A stretch of 64,000 bases of DNA, from positions 62,001 through 126,000 of the forward strand of contig NW_026781959.1 in assembly GCF_031769215.1 (NCBI RefSeq). Reading direction: 5' to 3'. Below are positions 54,845 to 64,000 of the stretch, one piece after another; position 1 is the first letter of the stretch; every line of letters starts with the position of its first letter. The notes under the pieces were generated by a model. That model did no database searches. It worked only from the letters and a program-made list of their open reading frames with translations, and had not been told where the DNA came from. This DNA is from Ylistrum balloti. Lineage: Eukaryota. Both the position numbers and the translations under genes were made by a program.

Positions 54845-56155
54845 ATGACCGTTCCTGAAAGTAAATTAAAAATAGGTGGTGAAAAGTCAGCAGTTGAAGA
54901 AAAGCCAATTCAGATTGGAGGATCAAACCCAGAGGACACAGTGAGGAGGAAAGAGCATCCAATGCAAGGAACTGAATCCACTGTTTATCCGTCTGGTATT
55001 GGAGGATCAAACCCTGAGGACACAGTGAGGAGGAAAGAGCATCCAACGCAAGGAACTGCATCCACTGTTTTTCCGTCTGGTATTGGAGGATCAAACCCAG
55101 AGGACACAGTGAGGAGGAAAGAGCATCCAACGCAAGGAACTGCATCCACTGTTAATCAGTATCAACTGAAAATCAGTGTTACAATTCAATTGTGTGATGA
55201 TGTTGATGAATGTCACAAAACTACCACAATGGAGGACCACTGTCTTGGTTTTCAAAGTGACAGTTGCCAAAATATGGAGAGAGATGGTTGCTACAATGAC
55301 CAAACTCCTGTACAAAATATGATGTCTCTTCTCTGCCAAAGTGGACCATGCTTGGTGGCTAAATGGATCTCTAAACAAGTATGTCACCTCTACTCAAATG
55401 GACCATACTTGGTGGCTAAAGGTATGAGCACAGAAGTATCTATCCTTTACCAAAATGGACCACAGTTGGTGGTTCAAGGGTTCAGCATACCAATTTCTCT
55501 CCTCTGCCCAAATGGTTCATACTTTGTGGCCAAGCTGACCTGCATGCAGTTTATCTGTTACCAAACTACATCTAACCCATTGGCTAAGAGGATATGCATG
55601 CAATATGCTTGCCCCAGGGCAAGACAGCATAGTCTCGATTTCAAGTCTGACCAAAAGTGGTATGGTCTTTCTGGAATTTTGTCACTACAGCCGAGCAGTA
55701 AAATACATGTAATGGTGTGTGCTGTAAGAGCCGATTTTCCTCCACCACAACAAAACATGGCAGGAGTTCAGGAAGATCCAATACAGCAGCCAGCACAGAA
55801 TGACACAGGCTTGTTGGCTATCGCAGACCATGACTTCAATCCTCCGAACTTTGTTCAGCCACAACAAAACATGGCAGGAGTTCAGGAAGGTCCAATACAG
55901 CAGCCAGCACAGAATGACACAGGCTTGTTGGCTATCTCAGACCATGACTTCAATCCCCCGAACTTTGTTCAGCCACAACAAAACATGGCAGGAGTTCAGG
56001 AAGGTCCAATACAGCAGCCAGCACAGAATGACACAGGCTTGTTGGCTATCGCAGACCATGACTTCAATCCCCCGAACTTTGATCAGCCACAACAAAACAT
56101 GGCAGGAGATCAGGAAGATCCAATACAGCAGCCAGCACAGAATGAGATAGGGTAG
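54845..56155 (+). CDS. Uncharacterised 436-aa protein made of three families of in-frame repeats
   Basis: Uninterrupted ORF preceded by a tttttttcag acceptor at 54830 and a 14-nt leader. Repeat periods of 84, ~60 and 114 bp are all multiples of 3. No recognisable domain. Confidence 0.55.
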   Translation: MTVPESKLKIGGEKSAVEEKPIQIGGSNPEDTVRRKEHPMQGTESTVYPSGIGGSNPEDTVRRKEHPTQGTASTVFPSGIGGSNPEDTVRRKEHPTQGTASTVNQYQLKISVTIQLCDDVDECHKTTTMEDHCLGFQSDSCQNMERDGCYNDQTPVQNMMSLLCQSGPCLVAKWISKQVCHLYSNGPYLVAKGMSTEVSILYQNGPQLVVQGFSIPISLLCPNGSYFVAKLTCMQFICYQTTSNPLAKRICMQYACPRARQHSLDFKSDQKWYGLSGILSLQPSSKIHVMVCAVRADFPPPQQNMAGVQEDPIQQPAQNDTGLLAIADHDFNPPNFVQPQQNMAGVQEGPIQQPAQNDTGLLAISDHDFNPPNFVQPQQNMAGVQEGPIQQPAQNDTGLLAIADHDFNPPNFDQPQQNMAGDQEDPIQQPAQNEIG

Positions 56156-56399
56156 CCTTGACGACAACTGCGATGGATGTCAACAGAGGCAGAAATATTA
56201 CCTCCCTGATTAATTGAGGAGTAAATATTAGTATGCAAAATTTTTCCTAATATCCCGCCCAAAATTGAAATAATCAAGAACTTTTATCAATAAAATCCCA
56301 TGAAACAGAATCAAAAGCTTTCTCGAAATCGACCATTAGGAGCATTCCTGGAATACCTAAATCTTCAGCATAAGACATTATGTCATAAAGAGTATGAAT

Positions 56400-57620
56400 A
56401 TTTTTTGCAGATTCAGCGCCCCGATAAGAAACCTGTCTGATCTTCATTTATAAGCTTTCCTCGAACTGATTTTATCCTATGAGAAATTATTCAAGAAGCT
56501 ATTTTGAAGGAAATGTTTAACAAAGAGATAGGTCTCCAGTTTTTTTAAGAAATGATGTGGTTTATCTCCCTTTGGAATACAGGTTATTATTCCATGTCTC
56601 TGAGTGATAGTAAGCTGACCAACAGAAAAACTGTAATTTATTGAACGGACAACAAAACCTCCTATAAATTTCCAAAAGGTCTTAAAAAATTCAGGGGTGA
56701 AACCGTCTGATCCAGGACTCTTATTATTGTTCATATTTTTCAAAACTTTACCTGCCTCTTCTATAGTGATCATACCTTCCAGATTCTTAGACTCTGTGTT
56801 ACTTAATTTTGGTACTCCACAACCCTGAAGATGATGATTTAAATCGACAGCATCAACTTCTCTAAATCTGTATAAATTTTCATAGAATTATCTAACATCA
56901 TTTAAAATATCCCCCTGGTTTGTAATCACATTACAATATCTAAATATTCAGGATCACACAACAAAGAATTATTAAGTTTCCATAGACCCCTCCCTCTTTT
57001 AAATTCATTTAACTGTAAAACTGTAACTGTAGCTGAATGGTCAGATCTATAACTAGATTCAGTAATTGATTTGTTAACACTAGATAACAGACAGTCTGAA
57101 ACAAGGAAAAAGTCCAGTCTGGCCTGTTTTACAGGATTATTTCTTCTCCATGTATATCTTTTGGTATCTGGGTGTAGTTCTCTAGAAATATCAATAAGAT
57201 TATATGTATCTTTAATTTCTAAAACCCTATCCCTAGCAGCTGCATTGGTTATATTTCTATATGTATTATCGTAGTCTAAATCTGGACTCAATACCAAATC
57301 CAAAACTGTCTATGGCATCTGAGACTTGATTATAAAAATCAGGATTATCGTGATTTGGTCCATAAATAGTAACTGAAGTTATTCTAGTACCCTCAATATC
57401 AATATCGATACCCAAAAAATTTCCATTTGAATCACACTTTTCTTTGTAAACTTTGCTTTCGAAATTATTTTAAAAAATTGCAACCCCACGTGAATTAGAT
57501 GAAAAAGAAGTGAAAAAACTATCATAACCCCACTCAGTTTGTAGAAATTTAATAGAGCTTACAGTAGAGTAACCTTTTTACTGTTTAAAGTTTTCTTCAA
57601 AGAGGTTGCATTCTTTTTAA
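56400..57620 (-). mobile_element. L1/Tx1-clade LINE fragment: endonuclease, linker and start of RT
   Basis: SSNSRGVAI; YGPNHDNP; YTWRRNNPVKQARLDFFLVS; YRSDHS; GRGLWKLNNSLL; KSPGSDGFTPEFFKTFW; GIITCIPKGDK. Internal deletion and 3' truncation. Confidence 0.88.
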
Positions 57621-57629
57621 TATAACTGT

Positions 57630-57812
57630 TAATCAATTTTGAGTTTGCTTTTCATTGCAAGGTAATAAAGTATATCTGCTTTTTCATATGTTGTTGTTGT
57701 GTACTTGATCATAAGAAAACAATCAATTTTGAGTTTGCTTTTCATTGCAAGGTAATAAAGTATATCAGCTTTTTCATATGTTGTTGTTGTTGTGTACTTG
57801 ATCATAAGAAAA
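57630..57812. repeat. ~90-bp direct duplication
   Basis: aatcaattttgagtttgcttttcattgcaagg...gatcataagaaaac occurs twice. Confidence 0.85.
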
Positions 57813-58651
57813 CATTTCTTTAGTCAATGAACTGTAAATGTGTGGAACAGCTTGCCCCAGCACATTATAAATGCTACTACAGTCAGACAGTTTGAAATTT
57901 TAATTGATGAAAATTTTAAAATTAATCAAAATGTTATCATTTAATGAATTCACGGAATAGCACCAGAAGTAATTTTAACACAATTTTTTTCATGAATTGT
58001 TAAATATTGATATGGACAAAGAGGCTAACAAGCCTGCATCCATCATGTATCGTAATAAATCGTAATCGTGATCTCATTTCAGTGATTTTTGTGCAGAAAT
58101 TATTGTGCTTAAATATGATAGCAATTTCTGTATCTTGTTGACGCAGCAATTCTTTTGGATTGGTAAATTTATCACTGTACTGATTTTCCAAAAAATTGGA
58201 CTGCACCAAAATAAGTACAATTACCGTATGGTCATAGTGATCAATAGTAACAATATTAAAACCCGTCATTCTCTGCCCCTTCCACAATATTTACAAATTT
58301 GTATCTGCGTTTTAGAGCACATGGTAGTTAGTTCATCAGGTTTTTGGCACATCCAGTGCAGGGCATGGACAATCTTATGCTATCATGTAGCTTGATGTAC
58401 TTCATCAAGTTTGATTTAACTTTGACATATGCTCGGAAAGGCATTTTTTGTTTGTTTTATATCTATAATCATCGGTCCAAAAGTAGAACTGTTTATAAGA
58501 GGCAGGAGACGAAACTTATTGAATGCTTTCATCTAAATTAGGTTGATATCCATTACACGGTTTGAGCAATGGTTAAACTTGGTTTCTCAAACCAAGTAAA
58601 GGATTTGGTTGGATATCTGGGGTGATTTCCACTTTTGGCTCAGTTTCTCTT

Positions 58652-58830
58652 CCCAGATAGGGAAATTAACTCAATATATCTACCCAGAAAGGGGAATTAA
58701 CTCAATATATCTACCCAGAAAGGGAAATTAACTCAATATATCTTCCCGGAAAGGGGAATTAACTCAATATATCTTCCCAGAAAGGGGAATTAACTCAATA
58801 TATCTACCTAAAGACAAGAACTAACTCAAT
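58652..58830. repeat. 31-bp tandem repeat, ~5.5 copies
   Basis: ccagaaaggggaattaactcaatatatctac repeated. Confidence 0.9.
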
Positions 58831-59791
58831 GTCTCGATCTAGACAGGGAAAGGAAGTACATCTCTCCACCCAGAAATGGAAATTTTGACTTTATCTCTAG
58901 TCAGAAGGGACAGACATTGGCAACTACTCTTGAATATTCCAGTTCAAATTTGAGTAATCCCTACAGAAGTCTTATGAAGACAAAATTGAAGATGACAGGC
59001 TACAAAAATGGATGCTTTACATTCTTGGAACAAGGTCACATAAACCATTACGTGAGACAATGTAATCAGACTTAAAAAATAGTAATATGAGTAAGTGTCC
59101 AAGCAGGGAAAAAACGCTATGAAAAAAACATCTGAAACTTTCACAAAAATAAAAAGATAAATATCACACTGTAAGGAATTTATTTGTTTCTGAACAACAT
59201 TGTCATGACATTACATTAAAAAAAAATCCGGTTGATATGAACATTTTCTGTAGAATATGTACATACTTATAGTATATTGCACCATTTATTATCAAAGGAA
59301 AATGTGTTCTTCCAATAAATATACATTAGAACGCTTGCATGTAATGTAAAAATCTGTTAAACAATGAATAATCTAAGATTTATCTAAATATATCAATGAG
59401 CATATATTAATGCATAGAACATTGCAGGCATGATGGCAACTTACAAATCTAGTAATAGATAAAATAAATCAACAGATTATTTCTTAAAATACATCAAAAA
59501 TCTTAATGTCATTAAGACTATTGTAAAAAAGTTATTGTTGTATAACAGAGAAATTCAACTGTCCTATATTGACCTTCAGCAAATATTAATTTATTGACTT
59601 ATAAAATAAAGGACTTCAATATTCATGATAAAGTCACATTACAGTACTGTTGATACAAGCAGCATATATGATCTAATGATACATTTTATTTTTATGCATT
59701 TTAAATTCTTAATACACACAAAAAAGGCACTTCTCAAAAATACTTAAATTTACAAATTACTGATATACAACCTTCATAAACTTCATAAACA

Positions 59792-60322
59792 ATGGTGAAG
59801 ACGAAGACTACGCCAAGGAAAACCTCGGAATCCGGGTGGAAGCCTAGGATTCCACATATTTTATGCGGAAAAAGCTATGCCAGCATCAAGAGCCTGAGGA
59901 GGCACGTAAACGTTAATCACTCATCCACAAAGACCTGGTATAAATGTAAGATCTGCAAAAGGTCTTATGGAAGAAACTCAGACTACTTAAGACATCAAAA
60001 ATCGGAACATCCCATGATACAAGGTTACAGAAATAATACAAGACAATACTAGGGAGGAGGCGAAAGCACCATCCAACAAGAGACCATCTGAGAGCAAGTG
60101 ATAGATTTTAAAGTTCCGGGTTGGCACAAAATCGGCGGAGGACCACCCATGTACTGGACCACAATTGAGCAGTTGAAGGTCGCCCTAAGCGACGACTCTT
60201 CAGAAGCATCAGGATCCATGGCCAATACCTCAGAAAGTGAATATATGGGAGAGAAGAGAGATTATAAACAATATAATTATGTTTCGGCATCTACATCCAC
60301 ACTGTGTTTAGATGAACACTGA
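59792..60322 (+). pseudogene. Small C2H2 zinc-finger ORF with two in-frame stops, inside a hammerhead-bearing unit
   Basis: Finger 2 YKCKICKRSYGRNSDYLRHQKSEH is intact; finger 1 HILCGKSYASIKSLRRHVNVNH lacks its first Cys. The same frame continues past TAG (60050) and TGA (60092) into the 60098-60322 ORF. Confidence 0.65.
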
Positions 60323-60560
60323 TAGGATTATAGTGAAGAATTGACTCATTAACCTACTAACCGTGATGGAGATAGTGTTATTTATAACTGATAACATGTA
60401 GAATCTTTAAGTATAGAGTACAGGACGTACAGTGATTCTTGTTACATAGAGCTAGCATCATATACTACAGTGAACAGACTTTGAATTGTTACGTCACAAT
60501 AACACATGTACTATTTATAAATTTGAGGGAGCCGCATTTCATGTACTTTCCTCATGTTTG

Positions 60561-60592
60561 CCTGAAGAAGCCCGGGAGGGCGAAACCGGTAG
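60561..60592 (+). ncRNA. Minimal type I hammerhead-ribozyme motif (Penelope-like-element type)
   Basis: CUGAAGA-A, stem II GCCC[GGGA]GGGC, GAAA, palindromic stem III ACCGGU, cleavage triplet GUA (after 60591), AATAAA at 60600. Stem I is poorly paired. Confidence 0.65.
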
Positions 60593-60977
60593 ATGGTATA
60601 ATAAACCCTATAAACCATCACTCCACAGACTGTTGTGATTGATTCTTATTGTCTGACCTTCATAAACTTTATACGTAATGGATAAATTGTAAAATTTTGA
60701 TACTGTATAGTGAGACAAAATTTTCCGTCAAATATAAATTATGTATAGCAAATTTCACTGGATATTTACAAATATCAATATTGAAGTATGAGCATGTGAT
60801 GTTTGTATTGGCACAAAATCAGTCATGATTACACAATACTGTGTCAGCTAAACAGGAGTACTAGCACCTTAAACACCATGCATCATAAAGTTCAGAGATT
60901 TACAGGGCAAATGCAACATCCCATCTCGATTTTCATTTTTCCTCTGTTGCCTCTAAATTCCAAAATTCAGGAGCTTA

Positions 60978-61021
60978 GCATGACTAACAAGTCATGGAAA
61001 GAGGACACAGCTGTATGATGG
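60978..61021 (+). ncRNA. Heavily decayed hammerhead relic, same family as 63134-63222
   Basis: gcatga CTAACAA GTCA..GGAC ACAGCTGT A tgatg, compared with gcatca CTGACGA GTCC..GAAACAGCTGT A tgatg. Confidence 0.5.
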
Positions 61022-61209
61022 AGTTCAATTCATTATTTGGCTCTACCATATCCAATTATACATGTGTATCAACAGGTATAATTCACGTCAATGTCTTTTG
61101 TACCATCTTTTATGACCGATAGCAATTTGTACTCTTTGAAACAAATTTCCTTTATCATAAGAACTAAAAACCCCTACATCGATAAAATTCTACTATATAA
61201 TGTACTTCC

Positions 61210-61555
61210 CTATAGCTAATAACCCCATTTCTTATCCCTTTCCTGTACCCTATGACTGACGACACCATTTCTTATCCCTCTCCTGTACCCTATGACCGAC
61301 GACCCAATTCTTTCCCCTTTCTATACCCTGTGGCTAATAACCCCAGTTTTTATTTCCTTTCGGTACCCTATGACTGATGACCCCATTTCTTATCCCTTTC
61401 CTGTACCCTATGACTAATGACCCTTGTTCTTATCCCCTTCCTATACTCCATGACTAATGACCCCAGTTCTTTCCCCTTCCTATACCTTGTGACTAATAAC
61501 CCCAGTTTTTATCCATTCCCTGTACCCTAAGACTGATGACCCCAGTTCTATGACC
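61210..61555. repeat. 39-40 bp diverged tandem repeat, ~9 copies, downstream of the F-box gene stop
   Basis: tgactgatgaccccatttcttatccctttcctgtacccta-type units. Confidence 0.9.
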
Positions 61556-61654
61556 CATGGCACATTTATCTACCCTTTAAAATAACATTTCTTTATCAAC
61601 ACCAGTGCTTATCCTCTATGTCTATTTCTACTATTGACTATCACCGTTTTTGCT

Positions 61655-62854
61655 CTAATCCCCTTCTTCTACCCCAACTACCCACGGTTCAGGGTCAGCT
61701 TTCCACTTCAGTATGTAGTCTTTATGTTCTTTAAGTAGAGGAGAGGAGACCAAAATCTCTTCTACAACCTCTTTCTTCAGTACACAATACACATACATGG
61801 ATTTTAACAATTTACAATCCCGTGCTAGGTTGAGGAGTGCTGCTCCAAGTTCATCGGAATTTCTAGTCTGTAGAACAATCTTTTCCAGGGTAGGACTGTA
61901 GTAAGCTGTGGCAATGTTCACCTCCTCAAAGATCCTTGTGAAAGTTTCAAGTCGGAGCTCTCTAACTGGAATTTCTGGCTGCATAAGTTCTTTGATTCTG
62001 TTGAATGGACATGTGTGATCAAATCCCAGACTGACTCTGAGATTAGGCACAGCAGTTACTAGGTCCTGCCATACCTCAGATGTTAGTGTTTTGTTGTACT
62101 TCTCCTCCCTCCGACACACTATACCCAGATGTTCCACAGGGGTTCGGTCACTTTCTGCGAAGCACGCAAGGATGTCATCTGATAAACTACAATGGTAGGC
62201 CATTAGGTCTGTCAGTTTCCTACACTTATCAACAAGATGTAACACTGCAGAAGGACTTACCTTACAAATTAACATCCTGTTGAGGATATTTAATGATTGC
62301 AAGTTTGGATGGTTGTCGGCTAAAATTGTAAAAACTGAATCATCATAGGCGGCAGTAAGTCCACTGAGGTCAACATGTACTATCTGTGATAGTGGAGGGC
62401 TAATTGTGGGTGGAGTTGGACCAAACAGCATCTTCAATGCAGCCACAAACTCAGCTCCTGCATAAAATAATGGGTTTTCACCAGTAAAAGTGACACAGAT
62501 GGCTGTAAGTTGGCGACCTGCAGTTGTGGCAAGTGACTCAATCACACGACAGGCATAGTGTCTATTCTCTTCCTCACTTTGATCTAATGTGAGCTTCACA
62601 CTCCTAACATGGTGACCATGTTTGGCTAAGAACTGGTTGTAGTCAAAAATGTTGTCCGTATTGTGGTTAACGGTGGACAGAAAGCGAAAGTGGAAGTAAC
62701 GCCACATGCAAGGCTGTTGAAAGCATGCCTGCCATGACTGACAAACCAAGGATGCCTTGTAACGATCAGCAAGGTCAAGATGAAGAAGTATCCGTACAAC
62801 AATGTGGTCAGGAAGTGTTGACCAACTTTGTACCATATAACCATTTGTAGCCAT
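61655..62854 (-). CDS. F-box protein with LRR-like C-terminal region (FBXL3/FBXL21/FBXL8/FBXO39-like), 399 aa, single coding exon
   Basis: Intact ORF. F-box WSTLPDHIVVRILLHLDLADRYKASLVCQSWQACFQQPCMWR, followed by LRR-like LxxLxL segments. Probable start MATNG at 62854, with a minus-strand splice acceptor (ttttcttattccag) at 62886 upstream. Confidence 0.88.
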   Translation of the reverse strand: MATNGYMVQSWSTLPDHIVVRILLHLDLADRYKASLVCQSWQACFQQPCMWRYFHFRFLSTVNHNTDNIFDYNQFLAKHGHHVRSVKLTLDQSEEENRHYACRVIESLATTAGRQLTAICVTFTGENPLFYAGAEFVAALKMLFGPTPPTISPPLSQIVHVDLSGLTAAYDDSVFTILADNHPNLQSLNILNRMLICKVSPSAVLHLVDKCRKLTDLMAYHCSLSDDILACFAESDRTPVEHLGIVCRREEKYNKTLTSEVWQDLVTAVPNLRVSLGFDHTCPFNRIKELMQPEIPVRELRLETFTRIFEEVNIATAYYSPTLEKIVLQTRNSDELGAALLNLARDCKLLKSMYVYCVLKKEVVEEILVSSPLLKEHKDYILKWKADPEPWVVGVEEGD

Positions 62855-63133
62855 GAGCAAATAAGGTCCAGTCAGCTCTAAACAGCTGGAATAAGAAAAT
62901 ACAATCATTACTTAAAAGAAGTTAACTGTCCTAATAATCAAGATGGTTTCCATTACCAAGTAAATTACTGAAAATACTAGATTTGTCATATGTTGATGTG
63001 TTATTATGACATTTCAGAGGGATGGCACTACAATAAAACTGTTTACTTTCCCCTGTCATGCCTAATGGAAACTGTTTAATATAATCTTTTACTCTCCTCA
63101 GTCATCTCATTGACTTTAAAATTTAGACCCATA

Positions 63134-63222
63134 GCATCACTGACGAGTCCTGGGATGGGGAAACAGCTGTATGATGTAGCATCACTGGCGAGTCCTGGGA
63201 TGAGGAAATAGCTGTATGATGC
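63134..63222 (+). ncRNA. Tandem pair (45-bp period) of minimal type I hammerhead motifs
   Basis: Stem I gcatca/tgatgy, core CUGACGA...GAAA, palindromic stem III ACAGCUGU, GUA site. Stem II has lost its closing G-C pair; copy 2 has CUGGCGA. Confidence 0.7.
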
Positions 63223-64000
63223 AGTATAATTTACTGTTTGTCTGTATGGTATCTAACTCTTAATTTAAAATAAAAGGTGCTATTCAGTTGTGTCTTTTGT
63301 ACAATCTTCTTACATATAATTAACCTGCAATAGACTTTGTCATGTTGAAGACTGTATCAACATATATATGCAAGGGAGTGCTCGACAACAGAAGGAACTT
63401 TTCTAAATTGTTGAGAAAGTTACATGCCCCCGTGATGGACCTTAGAACCATTGTGTCTATATAAGAGCCATATATGTAAGTCATTAAGAGCAAATTATGT
63501 CCATTCTCCCCTATGGTGTAATTGTATAATCATTATCAAGATACTTAAGTGTAGGGAGTTTGGAGTTGGCAATAACATCAAGTCCCTGTTATTGCTGAAA
63601 TTGCCTGTGCAACAGTCTTGACTTCAGGGCAAAAATGATTAACTGTACTTATATGTAATACATTAAAAACGTAACTATGTATTTACTTGTAAAATACAAA
63701 ATATACCATAATGCATACCAAGAATCTGTAGCATCACGGATATTTAACCTGAGATGGTGTGTCCGAACGCACTTCCTTGTGTACTTTGACAGCTCCCGGA
63801 AATAATATCCACATTCGGTTCGACTATTACACCCTCCCCAACACTTCCGGTTATTTTTGGCATCATGGCACTCTACAGACACTGTGAGTATTGATGGTAA
63901 AATTATGTAACTTCTATTTTTACCGTGCTTCTGATCTTGGCTACGATGTATTTGAAGGACCGTAGTAAGGTCATACATGTTAAATTAATTATCAGAACTC

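Noticed and set aside
61655-62908. F-box gene as a processed retrogene, and the 417-aa N-terminal extension
   Set aside because: A strong splice acceptor at 62886 lies inside the extension, so the gene likely has a 5' UTR intron and starts at 62854. An intronless CDS alone does not show retroposition.

Overview
AT-rich, repeat-dense animal genomic DNA. The repeat families look molluscan, probably bivalve (inference). Host genes: the last four exons of a + strand gene ending in a CS (p23-like) domain, probably TDRD12-like (1893-4057), and a - strand F-box/LRR-type gene with one coding exon (61655-62854). There is also an intact orphan ORF built of in-frame repeats (54845-56155) and a disrupted repeat-rich exon (34732-35895). 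The rest is transposon debris: an internally deleted Gypsy element with near-identical LTRs and a TSD, two decayed DIRS copies of one family in opposite orientation, a decayed Rep-helicase-endonuclease Helitron (Helentron type), several HINE-like non-autonomous elements, two L1/Tx1 LINE relics, a CR1 3' end and about a dozen tandem arrays. The most unusual signal is at 59.8-63.2 kb. A ~0.89 kb unit bounded by a 13-bp direct repeat carries a decayed C2H2 zinc-finger ORF whose N-terminus matches the histone H3 tail in register, and it has a minimal hammerhead-ribozyme motif near its 3' end. Three copies of a second hammerhead family (one single, one tandem pair) flank the F-box gene. All calls were made by eye; no database searches or folding programs were run.
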